64,000 nt of DNA, taken from Somniosus microcephalus (Eukaryota). Shown here piece after piece: positions 1-12,372 of this stretch. Position 1 is the stretch's first letter, and each line of letters opens with the position of its first letter. The notes under the pieces were generated by a model. The model saw nothing but the letters and a program-made list of their open reading frames with translations. It made no database searches and was not told where the DNA came from. The translations under genes and the position numbers were made by a program. The stretch is from the NCBI GenBank assembly GCA_052327205.1, contig CM126218.1, positions 69,812,001 to 69,876,000 of the forward strand. Direction: 5' to 3'.

Positions 1-135
1 GGGACCTTGCTGTGCACAAATTGTCTGCCATGTTTCCCTACATTACAACAAAAAGTATTTCATTGGCTGTAAAGCGACTTTGGAATGTTCTGAGCTCGTG
101 AAAGGCGCTATATAAATGCAAGTTGTTTCTTTGTT
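1..135 (+). mobile_element. Deu-domain SINE 3' end (related pieces at about 3171-3437, 4130-4520, 22374-22510 and 42670-42793 on -)
   Basis: gggaccttgctgtgcacaaattg...cattggctgtaaagcg...aaggcgctatataaatgcaag. Confidence 0.75.
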
Positions 136-1652
136 AGATCTTGCCTATGGCACAAGAGAGCAAACTTCCTGATGAAACTTTGGTTGCAAACCTATGTACT
201 ATAGAAATTTCTAAAAGTAACTTGTAGGAGTTAAGCACTGAACTCTAGGCTGCTGTTCATTAATGGAACATCTCTTTTGCGTGGAAACTTTTTAACATGT
301 TCCAGCCCATCAATTGATCCATAGCTAGAATACACTTAACTAATAAAATGTAATTTCATTTTTTTGTAGTCACACCATTTTGTATTTCGTTGAAGACACC
401 AGTAACTGCAAAGCTCTTGCGTTAATTTGTAGCCTTGATGATTCATAAGAAATAGGAGTTGGTCATTTGGCCCCTCGAGCCTGCGCAGCCATTCAGTAAG
501 ATCATGGCTGATCTTCTACCTCAACTCCACTTTCCTGCACTATGCCCATATCCCTTGATGAATACTTTTATGAATAGACATCCATTTATTGAATAGCAGC
601 GGTTATATGAAGTCATAATAGAATCCACCCCTACTTGCAGCTCTATTTATCGTCTACCAATACTGTAAACAAAGAGTGCATACATGGTTTAGCTTGTTTC
701 CTAAGGCAGCATTTTAGAACAAAGTGAAATGAGTCAGGATAAGCTGGATTTAAGAACTGGAAAATGTTGTTAAGCAATCTGTTCAGCCCACATGTGACAT
801 ATAAACCTTTCTGTGGTGGTGTAGTTGCTAAATTGTAGCCAGAATACCTTCTGGCTATCATTCCAAGTAGAGTTGGTAGGCTGTGTATCCAGGTCTAGGA
901 ATTAAGATTGTAAGAGGGACAGACTCTTGCATTTTTTTAAAAGACTTTACCGATTTACTGAGTGGAGATAATTAACCTGGAGTGCTTCATCCTTAATTCT
1001 GTAGGTTCCATCCATAAGCAGCACCCCTGTTCAAACAAAAGTATTTCCCACACAATTGTTTTGTTGGAGAGAGGAGCCGGGTGATTCTATGTAACTTCTC
1101 TAGTAATATAAGGTTCTTGTGGCAACACTTGGTGCATTACTCCATTGTCATCTCATGTCCAGCTGCATCTGTTTAGTTAAGATTGTCTATTTAATACTAC
1201 ACACATGTGATGTGCAGTGCTTTGAGAGACCATGAGCCTATGTCTAAACAGTAGTGGGTGGAGTTGGGGTCGGGAAACTATTGGAGCAGATAGGTTTATT
1301 TGGACATCTGTCTATAGGACTTGCTGAAATTTTATTTCGATGTGGTGTGTTTCTTAAAGCATGTACTATGCTGACCATGAGCCAGAGACAATAGCAAAGG
1401 CTTTGGGAATAAGTCTCAGCAAGGGGTAGATAGTAGAGTACTAAGATCTTTAAAGTATAATCCTTTTGATTTTTATTATTCAAATCTTAAAGCTTCATAA
1501 TTAAACTTCCAAAAATTACCAGTTTACAGACTTATCCCATTAAAAGGGCCGACTTCAAGGAAGTGAGGGAAAAGCTTAAACAAATCGACTGGAGGGGAGG
1601 AAAAATATAGTACTACAGAAAACCTGCTGAGAATACATGGATTTTCTTTAAG

Positions 1653-1913
1653 CAGGGGTGTCTAACCTTTTCGAGTAGGGGGCTGGATGCACATGATAGT
1701 CATTGAGTGGGCTGCATATGACTCACCTTTTTGCTCTTCCTAGCAATCTTTTCTAATCTCCTAGGCCCATGATATTTAAGCCACTCTGCCAAGTCATTCT
1801 TGTGAAAATGCTCCATGATGCTACTAAGCATGCAAAGGAAACAAGGGAACAGCAGGCTGAGTTGGGGCTCGCAGGCTGGATTTGGACTGTGGGTCACCTG
1901 TTGCACACTGCTG
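1653..1913. mobile_element. Old hAT-type MITE inside a decayed CR1-like fragment
   Basis: Starts caggggtgtctaac, ends gttgcacactgctg (degenerate TIR); 8-bp flanks tctttaag and cctttaag. Confidence 0.62.
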
Positions 1914-2256
1914 CCTTTAAGCGTGAAGGATATGCACCGAAGACTAAAATGCATAAACAAAAGAAATGTGGCACTGAATGCATTGATAAGGCAATATGAA
2001 GAGAAATATTTTTTTTCAAAAAAATTCTACAAAACATTTAAAGAAAAGAGGGGAAACCAATTGGAAGAATACAGGAACTTCCAAAAAATGTTTTAAAAAA
2101 AAAAAAGGCATTCAGCGAAGCATAAAGGGCAGTAGAAATGACCAGAGCAGTAGAAGCCATAAGCAATAGTAAGAAATACTTGCAGTGTCAAACAGCTTAG
2201 AGGGTTATTGTAAAAGAATTGAGATCCTTTAAAGCTGCAAACAGGGCCTGAATCTG

Positions 2257-3017
2257 AGCCCAGCAATTCGGGTCGGGGGCTTCCCGCGGGTGCAAGCCCC
2301 CGATCTGCACTTACCTAGCGCGCCGGCTGTTGAGCTGTAGGGCCCGCGTGGAATTCCGATCCGGGGCCTGGTCCAGCTGCCGGCGCGCAGTGCTTGCGTA
2401 TCCCAGGGGCGCAGTTAGTTTGATGCGTCCCCTGGGATCACGTGGGCCATGGGCAGCCAATCGGAGCAGGGAATGCTCCATTCATAAGTCTTGACAGGAA
2501 GTGCTGTCAAGACTTATAAATACTACGGCCCCAAAATAGCACTAAACATTCAAATAAAAAAATTTTTAATCACATTTTTTAAATAAACTATAAATTACAT
2601 TAAATAACTATTTTAAACAATAATTTAAATTTTTGGAAAAAAAATATAAAATTATAACTGGGCTAAAAATAAACTTACCTTGCTTTAAAGTATTTAAAAA
2701 ATAATAACCCTGTGGAAAAAATGTTTTAATTTTAATTAATTCACCACTTACCTTGTAAAAAGCAGGCTGTACGCCTGCTTTTTACATTTCTAACTTCTGC
2801 AGGCTTACGATCCCGGAGAAACTTGTTTAAAAAAAAACGTAAGTTTGATGCGCAGCCTCCCCGCGCACGCGTTCGACCTCTGAACCTCTTCGTTCAGAGG
2901 AACGGAAGTGCTGGTTTCCCGCGCATGCGCAGTGCATGCAGAAAACCGGCACTTCCATCGGGCCTACGGGTGAGTACCCTGTGCGTACTCACCCGTGGAG
3001 ACCCGAATTTCTGGGCC
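2257..3017. mobile_element. MITE copy 1 (PIF/Harbinger-related, non-autonomous)
   Basis: TIR agcccagcaattcgggtc ... gacccgaatttctgggcc; homologous end to end with 49186-49941. Confidence 0.85.
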
Positions 3018-3097
3018 AATAACTGATTACTTCATGGAAGTATTTTAGCAGGCTACCGATGAAAGAAAGAACTTGCATTTATCACATTTTTGGGATC

Positions 3098-4125
3098 ATA
3101 GAATAGTACAGCACAGAAGGAGGCCATTTGGCCCATCGAGTCTGTACGGCGCTTTTGAAGAACAATCCAGTTAAAAGAAAAGAAAGACTTGCATTCCCAA
3201 CCTCCAAAGCGCTTTACAGCCAATGAAGTACTTTTGAAGTGTAGTCACTGTTGTAATGTAAGAGGCGCGGCAAGAAATTTGTGCACAGCAGGATCCCACA
3301 AACAGCAATGTGATAATGACCAGATAATCTGTATGATCTGTTGACTGTGGGGTAAATATTTGCCAGGACATGGGATAACACCCCTGTTCTTTGAAATAGC
3401 GCCTTGGGATCTTTTAAGTCTACCTGAGAGAGCAGTGAGTCCCACTCCCCCGCTCTTTCCCCATATCCCTGCAATTTTTCTCCTTCAAGTATTTATCCAA
3501 TTCCCTTTTGAAGGCTACTATTGAATCTGTATCCACCGCCCTATCAGGCAGCGCATTCCAAATCCTAACTGCTCGTTGAGTAAAGGGTTTTTCCTCATGT
3601 CGCCTCTGGTTCTTTTGCCAATCGCCTTAAATCTCTGTCCTTTGGTTATCGACCCTTCAGTTATTGGAAACCATTTCTCTTTATTTACTCTATCTAGACC
3701 CTTCATGATTTTAAACACCTATATCAAATCTCCTCTTGGCCTTCTCTACTCTATGGAGAACAACCCCATCTTCTCCAGTCTCTCCACGTAACTAATCCCT
3801 CATCCCTGGAACCATTCTAGTAAATCTCTTCTGTACCCCTCCAAAACCTTCACAGCCTTCCTGAAATGTGTTGCCCAAAATTGGACTCAATACTCCAGCT
3901 CAGGCTGAACTAGTGTTTTATTTCAGTTTAGCATAACTTCCTGGCTTTTGTACTCCATGCCTCTATTTATAAAACCTGGGATCCCATATGCTTTATTAAC
4001 CTGTCCTGCCACCTTCCAAGATTTGTGCACAAGCATCCTCAGGTCTCTGTCCTTGCACCCCCTGTAAAGTTGGATCAATTAACTTGTACTGTTTCTCCTC
4101 ATTCTTTCTACCAAAATGTGGCACC
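3098..4125 (-). mobile_element. CR1 LINE 3' part split by a SINE insertion (about 3171-3437)
   Basis: FKIMKGLDRV...; the 3' UTR text aacaatccag...gtcccactcccc is interrupted by a Deu-type SINE. Confidence 0.8.
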
Positions 4126-5744
4126 TCAGACGTTTCTGCATTGGATTTCCCAAAATGCTTCTAATGAATTACTCTGAAATACCGTTGTCATGTAAGCAGA
4201 TGTGGCAGCCAGTTTGCTCACAACACGAGCGCACAAACAGCCTATGAGATGAATGATGAAATTCATTTGTTTTTGGTAGGGAGTTCGAGGGAGAAATGTT
4301 GGCTCGGACACGAGAATGCCCTGCTGTTCTTCAATTGATGCATGGGATCTTTTTGTATACACCTGAACAAGTAGATGTCTGTTTAATGTCTTGTCCAAAA
4401 GAAGGCACCTCAGACAATGCCGCATTGTCACAGTACATCACTAAGTGTTAGCCCAGATTATGTCGAGCTTTGGAATGCAAACCCACAAAATCCTGACACA
4501 GGCAAGAGTGTTGCAAGCTGATACTCGATTGTAGGAAGTACAACTAAATGTAATGACTTTTCTAATGTCTGAATGCATGTCTTAGACAGGCTTAAAGAGC
4601 TCAGAGCCAATAAACCCCCACAGATATATGGGGGCAAAAATCTGCAAAATGCTGACAGTCATTGTGAGGGAGTCACTGAATCATTGAGATTGGAAACAAG
4701 CCAATGTTATACCTTTTTTTAATTGCTTCAACTGCTCCTGAATGCACTTATTGATGTTGGTAGTTTCACGTGCACTAGTACCTTGTGCAAGTTGCCGTTC
4801 TTTGCTAGTGCAGATTGATGGTGAACATTGGCAGACGACTCAACCATGCGGTGTCACAATTGAGCTTGATAGTACCTTCGCCCAATGTCCATATATGTCC
4901 ATTTTCTACAGGAGTCATGGGATAATGATGAGTGGGGAAGCTTGGCAGATTTTATTTTGCCTTCTGCCCCTTAGCATAAGGATGCTGAGGCCATTAGTAG
5001 CTTCTTGGTTGAGAGCAGCAAATTCATTGCAGACCTTCCTAACTGATTAAAAAAAAATTAATACCATGTGCTACAAAATGGCTTGCAGAATATTGGGTAA
5101 TGATGGGAGACTGGCATGAAAAACTGGATTGAGGTGGTGAATTAAAAATCAGTTGACTGTTTTCTCTGTATTACAGCATGTTCTATTTCTCTCGTCCTAG
5201 TTTGAACCCACAGTGAGTTTTGCGCTTGGCATCCCAATTACAATGTGAAACTTTAAAATAATAAGAGCCGAAATAATGATTTACAAAAGAGGTCTTCATA
5301 CTGAGTTTAGAATGGGGAAATTTCCCATAGCACCTAATTTCTCTTCACTCACTCAGTATTTCACTCCTGGCCAACATCCAGTCAGCTGGTGTTAGACATT
5401 TTTGTAAAGAGTAAATTGTCGTCCTTGGAAAAATATCAAAGTATTTCTGTAATCTGCAAAGTATTGTATGAATGTGAATGGATTCTGTCTAGTGGCAAAA
5501 TTGTTATTTTGGTCAGGTTATTTGAAATGTAAAATAACTTGTACATTTCATATCACTCAAAGCTCATTTTAAAGCAGCTGTAATTGTGAAATAAGCAATT
5601 GCAGTACATTCGACCATGGTGCTCCTTGATTGTTCTGGCCTGACTGATGGCAAAATTGTGTGAAAACCGTCAGTACTCCAAACAACTGGAAACATCCCTT
5701 TAATTCCCTGCAATTCCGTCTTTCCAAAGAATCCAAAAAATAAC

Positions 5745-7720
5745 ATTCTGGAAATAGTGGGGAACCAAGGGTCTAGCGAGAATGAAGAACTTAAAGAAAT
5801 AAGTATTAGTAAAAAAATTGTACTGGAGAAATTAATAGGACTAAGTCGACAAATCCCCTGTACTTGATGGCTGACATCCTAGGGTTTTAAAAGAGGTGGC
5901 CACAGAGATAGTGGATGCATTGGTTTTGATCTTCCAGAATTCTCTAGATTCTAGAATGGTCCCCGTGGATTGGAAGGTAGCAAAGGTAACCCCGCTATTC
6001 GAGAAAGGAGGGAGAGAGAAAACGGGGAACTATAGACATGTTAGCCTGACATCAGTAGGGAAAATGCTAGAATCTATTATTGGGGAAGTGGTAACAGGGC
6101 ACTCAAAATCCTAATATGATTGGGCAGAGTCAACACTGATTTATGAAAGGGAAATCTTGTTTTGACAAATCTGTTGGGAGCTTTTTGAGGTTGTAACTAT
6201 AGCAGGGGGAACCACTGGATGTAGTGTATTTGGATTTTCAAAAAGCATTTGCTAAGGTGCCACACACAATTGGGGCCCATGGGATTGGAGGAGGGTAATA
6301 TGTTAGCATGGTTTGAACATAAGAATATAAGAAATAGGAGCAGGAGTAGGCCATTTGGCCTTTCGAGCCTGCTCTGCCATTCAATAAGATCATGGCTGAT
6401 TTTCTACCTCCACTCCACCTTCCCTGCACTATCCCCATATCCTTTGATTCCCTTAATATTCAAAAATCTATCGATCTCTGTCTTGAATATACTCAACGAC
6501 TGAGCCTCCACAGCCCTCTGGGGTAGAGAAATCCAAAGATTCACCACCCTCTGAGTGAAGAAATTTCTCCTCATCTCAGTCCTAAATGGCTGACCCCTTA
6601 TTCTGAGACTGTGACCCCTGGTTCTAGACTCCCCAGCCAGGGGAAACACCCTCCCTGCATCTACCCTGTCAAGCCCTGTAAGAATTTTGTATGTTTCAAT
6701 GAGATCACCTCTCGTTCTTCTAAACTCTAGAGAATATAGGCCTAGTCTACTCAATCTCTCCTCATAGGACAATCCCCCCATCCCAGGAACCAGTCTGGTG
6801 AACCTTTGTTGCACTCCCTCTATGGCAAGTATATCCTTCCTTGGGTAGGAGACCAAAACTGTACACAATACTCCAGGTGTGGTCTCACCAGGGCCCTATA
6901 TAATTGCAGTAAGACGTCTTTACTCTTGTACTCAAATCCTCTTGTAATAAAGGCCAACATACCATTTGCTTGCTGTACCAGCATGTTAACTTTCAGTGAT
7001 TCGTGTACAAGGACACCCAGGTCCCTCTGAACACCGATATTTCCCAATCTCTCTCCATTTAAAAAATACTCTGCTTTTCTATTTTATCTACCGAAGTGGA
7101 TAACTTCACATTTCTCCACATTATATTCCATTTGCCACGTTCTTGCCCACTCACTTAGCCTGTCTATATCCCCTTGAAGCCTCCTTGCATCCTCCTCACA
7201 ACTTACATTCCCACCAGCTTTGTATCATCAGCAAACTTGGATATATTACATTTGGTCCCCTCATCCAAATCATTGATGTAGATTGTGAATAGTTGAGGCC
7301 CAAGCACTGTTTCAGCATTGGTTAACATTTTCGGTTTGGCAGGCTGTTGCTAGTGGGGTACCGCAAGGACCAGTCCTTGAGCCTCAATTATTTACAATCT
7401 ATATCAATGACTTGGATGAGTGGACCGAGTGTAAAGTTAGGTGGCAAAGTAATGTGCGAGGAGGCTGCAAAGGGATATAGACAGGTTAAGTGAGTGAGCA
7501 AGAACAGGGCACATGGAATATAATCTCTACCCCAGAGAGCTGTGGATGCTCAGTCATTGAGTATATTCAAGACAGAGATCGATAGATTTTTGATATTAAG
7601 GGATATGGGGATAGTGCGGGATGGTGGAGTTGAGGTAGAAGATCAGCCATGATTTTATTGAATGGCGGAGCAGGCTTGAAGGGCTGAATGGCCTACTCCT
7701 GCTCCTATTTCTTGTGTTCT
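5745..7720 (+). mobile_element. CR1 LINE fragment (+) interrupted by a nested CR1 (-)
   Basis: RT-region peptides (VPVDWKVAKVTPLFEKGGREKTGNYR) at about 5745-6315, resuming near 7310 to a CR1 3' tail at about 7720, with an internal deletion near 7520. Confidence 0.85.
6317..7308 (-). mobile_element. CR1 LINE 3' part nested in the opposite-strand CR1
   Basis: LYRALVRPHLEYCVQFWSP, RGDLIETYKIL, TRGHSLRI, RNFFTQRVVNLW; tail at about 6317-6340. Confidence 0.92.
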
Positions 7721-7724
7721 TAAT

Positions 7725-8060
7725 ACCTCATTCCCAACAATTCCCCAAAGGGAAAGAATTCCAACACCAACAATGCTAAGAATTCTTTAATTTCTAACAA
7801 TATAAAGAATCCTTCAATTCCCAACAAATCCACTGTTGTAAAAAAAATCTGAAATTCCCAACAATTCTAGCAATATAAAGAATCCTCCCATTTCCAGTAA
7901 TTCTGGCAATGTAACTAACCCTTTAGATCCCAATCTCAGGATTACAACACATCCAGCCATGTAAAGAATGTCAGGTTTCCAACAAATACAGCAAAGCAAG
8001 AACTTGTAGCATTTCTAACAATTTCAGCATTTTCAAACATTTCTGCAAGCCAAAAAATTA
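7725..8060. repeat. Degenerate tandem/low-complexity repeat
   Basis: Recurrent ttcccaacaa(ttc) and caatataaagaatcct motifs. Confidence 0.55.
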
Positions 8061-9114
8061 ACAACTTTAAAAATGGAAAGAATTTTAGGCAGTACCAGAG
8101 TTCACGCCAGAAGTGTTTTAAAGCCAAAAAAAATAAAAGATGACTTAAGGAATTGAGGCCTCTCTGACTGAGAAGAGCAACCACCCAGTCTGAGTGCAAA
8201 GGCACCACCATCTTTCTGACTGAGCAAGCACTTGTGTATCGCAGCCTTTTTCTCTGGGCGTTAAGGCCTGCACCATTCGCCAGTTATAGGTTCCAGCTGC
8301 CGGTGTGGAGTAGGAATGGGTCGGGGAGTGGTGTGAGCAGCTGCAAATGGGAGCAGGAGCGGCAAGGTACTAAAGCTGAAAGAGGTGGCGACAAATTGGC
8401 CGGGGAGTGATCGAGTGCTTGGGACTGGTGAGCACTGTGCAAAGGGTAAGCCACGAGTTAGATAAAACCAGCTTGCAGGCTGAGAAAGGGTTTCCGAGGC
8501 AGCAGACCCCCAATGACACCATTACATTATACATCGAAAATAACCTTTCGAAGGATGCATTTATTTTATAATAAAATGTGAAGACCATGGAGAGGCTGGA
8601 AAGAGCAGTGAAGTAGCCGGGAGAGGCTGCAAAGTGTACTGGAGGGCTGGATTGGGAGAGAGGAGATAAAATCTAAGTGGGCGGTCGAAGCATGAACAGA
8701 AATGTAAGCCGGGCAAGCAAGTCTTGGAGGACAACAGGTAGGTCATGAAACTTCAAATCAGAGCGACCTTCATTTAATTGCTAAAGCAGCGGCTGCAGCA
8801 GATCTAAGGATTCAGATGTGTTGCTATTGACTAGTGTAGTTGGGTGATGGGAGCAGGAGGTGCTGCAATGCCACCAGTGTGATTGATGCAGGTTTTGATT
8901 CACAAGACTTTCAGTCAATTTATCGGCACTGTCATGTAGCTGTGAACATGAAAAGTGTGCCTGGAAGAGAGCCTGAGCTGTGACACCGTCCCACTGCTGC
9001 AAGCAAATAGCTTCGAGAGTTGGTGTTTCAAGCCAAGATCAGCCAGTGCGAATGGACATAGGCATAGTTTTCCTGCCTGGATCCAGACTAGATGCTAATT
9101 TTAATAGTGAAGTT

Positions 9115-9590
9115 GATGGGGTATGGTAGTATAGTGGTTCTGTTACTGGATTAGTAATTCAGAGGGCTGGACTAATAATCCAGTGAATGAGTTCAAACCC
9201 TCTGTGGCAGTCTGAGAATTTGAATTCAGTTCAAAAAATCTAGAAATAAAAATCTGGTACCCGTAAAAATAACCATGAAGCTGTTGGATTGCCATAAAAA
9301 TTAATTAATGTCCTTTTTAGGAAGGAAAACTGCCATCCATACCCAGTCTGGGCCTATATGTGACTCCAGTCCCACACTAACGTGGTTGACTCTTAACTGC
9401 CCCCTGAAGTGGCAGCAAGCCACTCCGTTGTACCAGACCGCTACAAAGAATAACGAGATGCATTGTGGGAGTACCCTCACCATACACAATGCAGTGGTTC
9501 AAGAAGGCCCACCACCACCACCTTCAAGGCAACTAGAGAGGGGCAATAAATGCTGGCCTAGGCAGCGACGCCCACATCCCAAGAATATTT
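9115..9590 (+). mobile_element. tRNA-headed SINE whose tail matches the LINE family at 37515
   Basis: A/B-box-like head (tggtagtatagtgg ... gagttcaaaccc); tail gcagtggttcaagaaggc...gggcaataaatgctggcc. Confidence 0.75.
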
Positions 9591-10587
9591 CTTCAAAATT
9601 CTGCAAAAACAAGTGTTTTTTTCTTGTCCATTTTATCTCTCCCCGCCATCTCTCCTGAAGGTGTCGATTCTTTGCTAGGATATGGTTTCATGGATGCCTG
9701 GTCCCTCCAGAACCTCGCCCATGTGCCCATCATATATCTGAGCCTTGACCGTGAATGTTAACTGACTTTGTGACCACAGGTTGAACGAGCCCGGTGTGCT
9801 CTGACCTGATGTCCACATGTACGCACTTTCTAACGGGGTTCACTGTATAGCGACTAGTAGTGGCAACTCTGGTTGATTTCCCCGCTCCGCTTCACCATTC
9901 CCGTTCCCTCCTCTAATCCACGGGTGCTGAGGCCAATTGTAGCACACCTATCGCTGTTCTAGCTGAAATCAACTAACTCCGCAGAGGAGGATATAACCTG
10001 CGATTCTTTGACTGTGTGACTTGGCTAGTCACTGAATAAACTTACTGAGCCATCAAGGGAAGCAAGTGTGAAAATTTAAGAAAACACTTTTTACCTCCCT
10101 ATTCTCCTATAACATCTATGAGTGGCCCTCCTGCAAGAACTCTGCCAGTAAACCAGAGTTGCATGGAGTGACCCTGGGACGATGGCTCCCCACACACACA
10201 CACTCTTGCACTTACTGCGGCATAGAGTTTTCAGAGATTAAAGACAATCAAGTGACCTGAGTGTGCTTGATGCATTAGAAAATACTTTGTGTTGCACATT
10301 TTTCTTTCCTGCCATCCACAGTAAACAGTTTATCTTAAGTGATGTTGGCCTATTTGAAACATTGTTATAATGCCAAAATTTCATCATTTTAATCCCTATT
10401 CCAATTATGAACCTACAGCACTGTTTCAGAACTTAAATGTTATTTTTGTAAAGCATACAATAATGGCTTGTTTAGACTTTGGAGCTGGGGTTCAGTGTTG
10501 CAACTTGACGCACAGGTCCGAAGTCATCAAATTTACTGTCTTTTGGGGTCAGTTCAATGTTAAAGGCTTTTTCACAAGTGTGTCTTC

Positions 10588-10638
10588 ATGCGGTCTTTGG
10601 AGATTAAACATTTACGGGATAATCTGTTCATTGGAAAG
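10588..10638 (+). CDS. Candidate alternative first exon, MRSLEIKHLRDNLFIGK
   Basis: ATG plus open frame to consensus donor AAG|GTGAGT in phase 0; Kozak context weak. Confidence 0.35.
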
Positions 10639-10917
10639 GTGAGTCACATTCAGTGCTCTTTCTAACTTCCATCATTATATGGATGTGCTCTTTTGTGAAC
10701 AAATAGGAAAGAAAATCTACTGATTTAATTTTTTTAATTGTACGTTTCAGAGCGTCTGCACTGTTTAATCAGTGTTCAGTTCATGACTTAAACTGTTGCT
10801 CTTGTATTAAGGTGGCGCACCTATTGGGAAAGAGGTGGAGTATTTGCATTCTTTTCCAGTATCCTGATATCGCCGCAGCTCAACAGTACATCTCATTAGT
10901 TGTCTGCAGTAAGAAGG

Positions 10918-10977
10918 ATGAGGAAGGTTCGCTCCTTCTTTGGCCCATCAGTGCGTGGCCAATACGTCATTGAGCAG
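10918..10977 (+). CDS. Candidate alternative first exon, MRKVRSFFGPSVRGQYVIEQ
   Basis: aggATG, 20 codons, CAG|GTATTT donor in phase 0; locally CpG-rich. Confidence 0.35.
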
Positions 10978-12372
10978 GTATTTGTAGCCAAGACCATTAA
11001 TTGAGGTGGATATAAATTTGGTGGAGTTGTAGGGCTAATTTAAATAAGCTAAAAGTGTGATCTAATACAGTAATCTTATCACCTGTTCCTCCTTTGTTCC
11101 ACCCCCAAAAATACTTGAAATGAACAAATTGCATTAAAATTTGGGTATTTTAAACTATTTTAACACTATATTTTAATTCTGTATTTTGTTTATTTGAATT
11201 GGTCAATGCTAGCTTGTGACAAGTAACAAGAGATATAGGAAGTTTGATGCTCTTGCTGCAATGTCTATTGATTATCTTTCTTTTCTTTCTAAAGCAGTTT
11301 GAATGTAGGGGAGTTGCTACTTAAATAAAATCCAATGACTGCCGAGTATGCTCTTGGGATTGTAACTGAACGAGAAAATTTTATTTTCCTTTGGGTAGAA
11401 TTGAATAGGCTAGGTGTTTAATGAGACTCGTGAGATGCTGAAAGGGACAGGTAGTTCTATGATGAGGTCCGCAAGGTTTTGATTAGCTCCAATGGCAGAG
11501 TAACATCCAAATGCACTCACCAGGCATGACTTTTCTCTGTTCTTTAAATCCAGCTGCAACGTAGCAGTGGTCCAGTTTTGTTTGGCGGAGGAAGGGAAAC
11601 TGACACTGGCCATCTATCATCTGCAAAGTTTTAATGGACCAGTATTAATGATACTAATGGGTAAGGGTGCCGGTCAAAGGTTTCATCCCCAGCCTGTACT
11701 GATTTAGCTGCTCTCAGCCAGACAGCGGTCGGGGAGCTAGAACTGCAACTTGGCTCAGCACTTTAGATCAGCGAGGTGGAAAAATTAGTTCTGGTTCCCG
11801 CTCCTGATTTCTAACCAGCGAACTCGGCTAAGTGAGGGTAGGACTGGGTGTAGCTATGATACTTGTTGCAGTTGAATAGTTTACCAACACTTAGATTCCA
11901 GATTCACACCTGAATAATGGCCACGTGAAGTACCAGAGGACACCTAGCATCCATAGAACAGTAGACGTTAACAAGAAGTTTATGTCTTCAGGAAGGGAAA
12001 GAACTACAGTATTTAAATCCTTCCAGCTGTATTGTATGAAGAGGAGTGTTTGCAATGAAGGTGACAGGAAATTCCAGAAGTAATTCATGGCTGGGTATGG
12101 AAAAGAAGTTTCAGAATTGGTGTCTCTTGTCTCTAAGTTGAGTTGCGTCAGAGTTTGTAATTACTCAGCAAAGATTATCTAAACCCTGTTGATTTTCATT
12201 AATTTGGAATGTGGACAACATGACAAGTATGTCTTAGAGTCTAAGATTCAGCTTTAGAAAGAGCATATTAAGGCAGGAAGCGAGCTGTGGGACCTCTGTT
12301 TTGTGAAATTTGCATCAAGAGTTTGAATGCCCTTTTATAAATGCCAGGATAATATACCCTGATTCACTCTAG

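Noticed and set aside
5177-5218. ATG-containing exon candidate (MFYFSRPSLNP, donor ACA|GTGAGT)
   Set aside because: The donor is in phase 2 relative to the ATG, so it is out of frame with exon 2.
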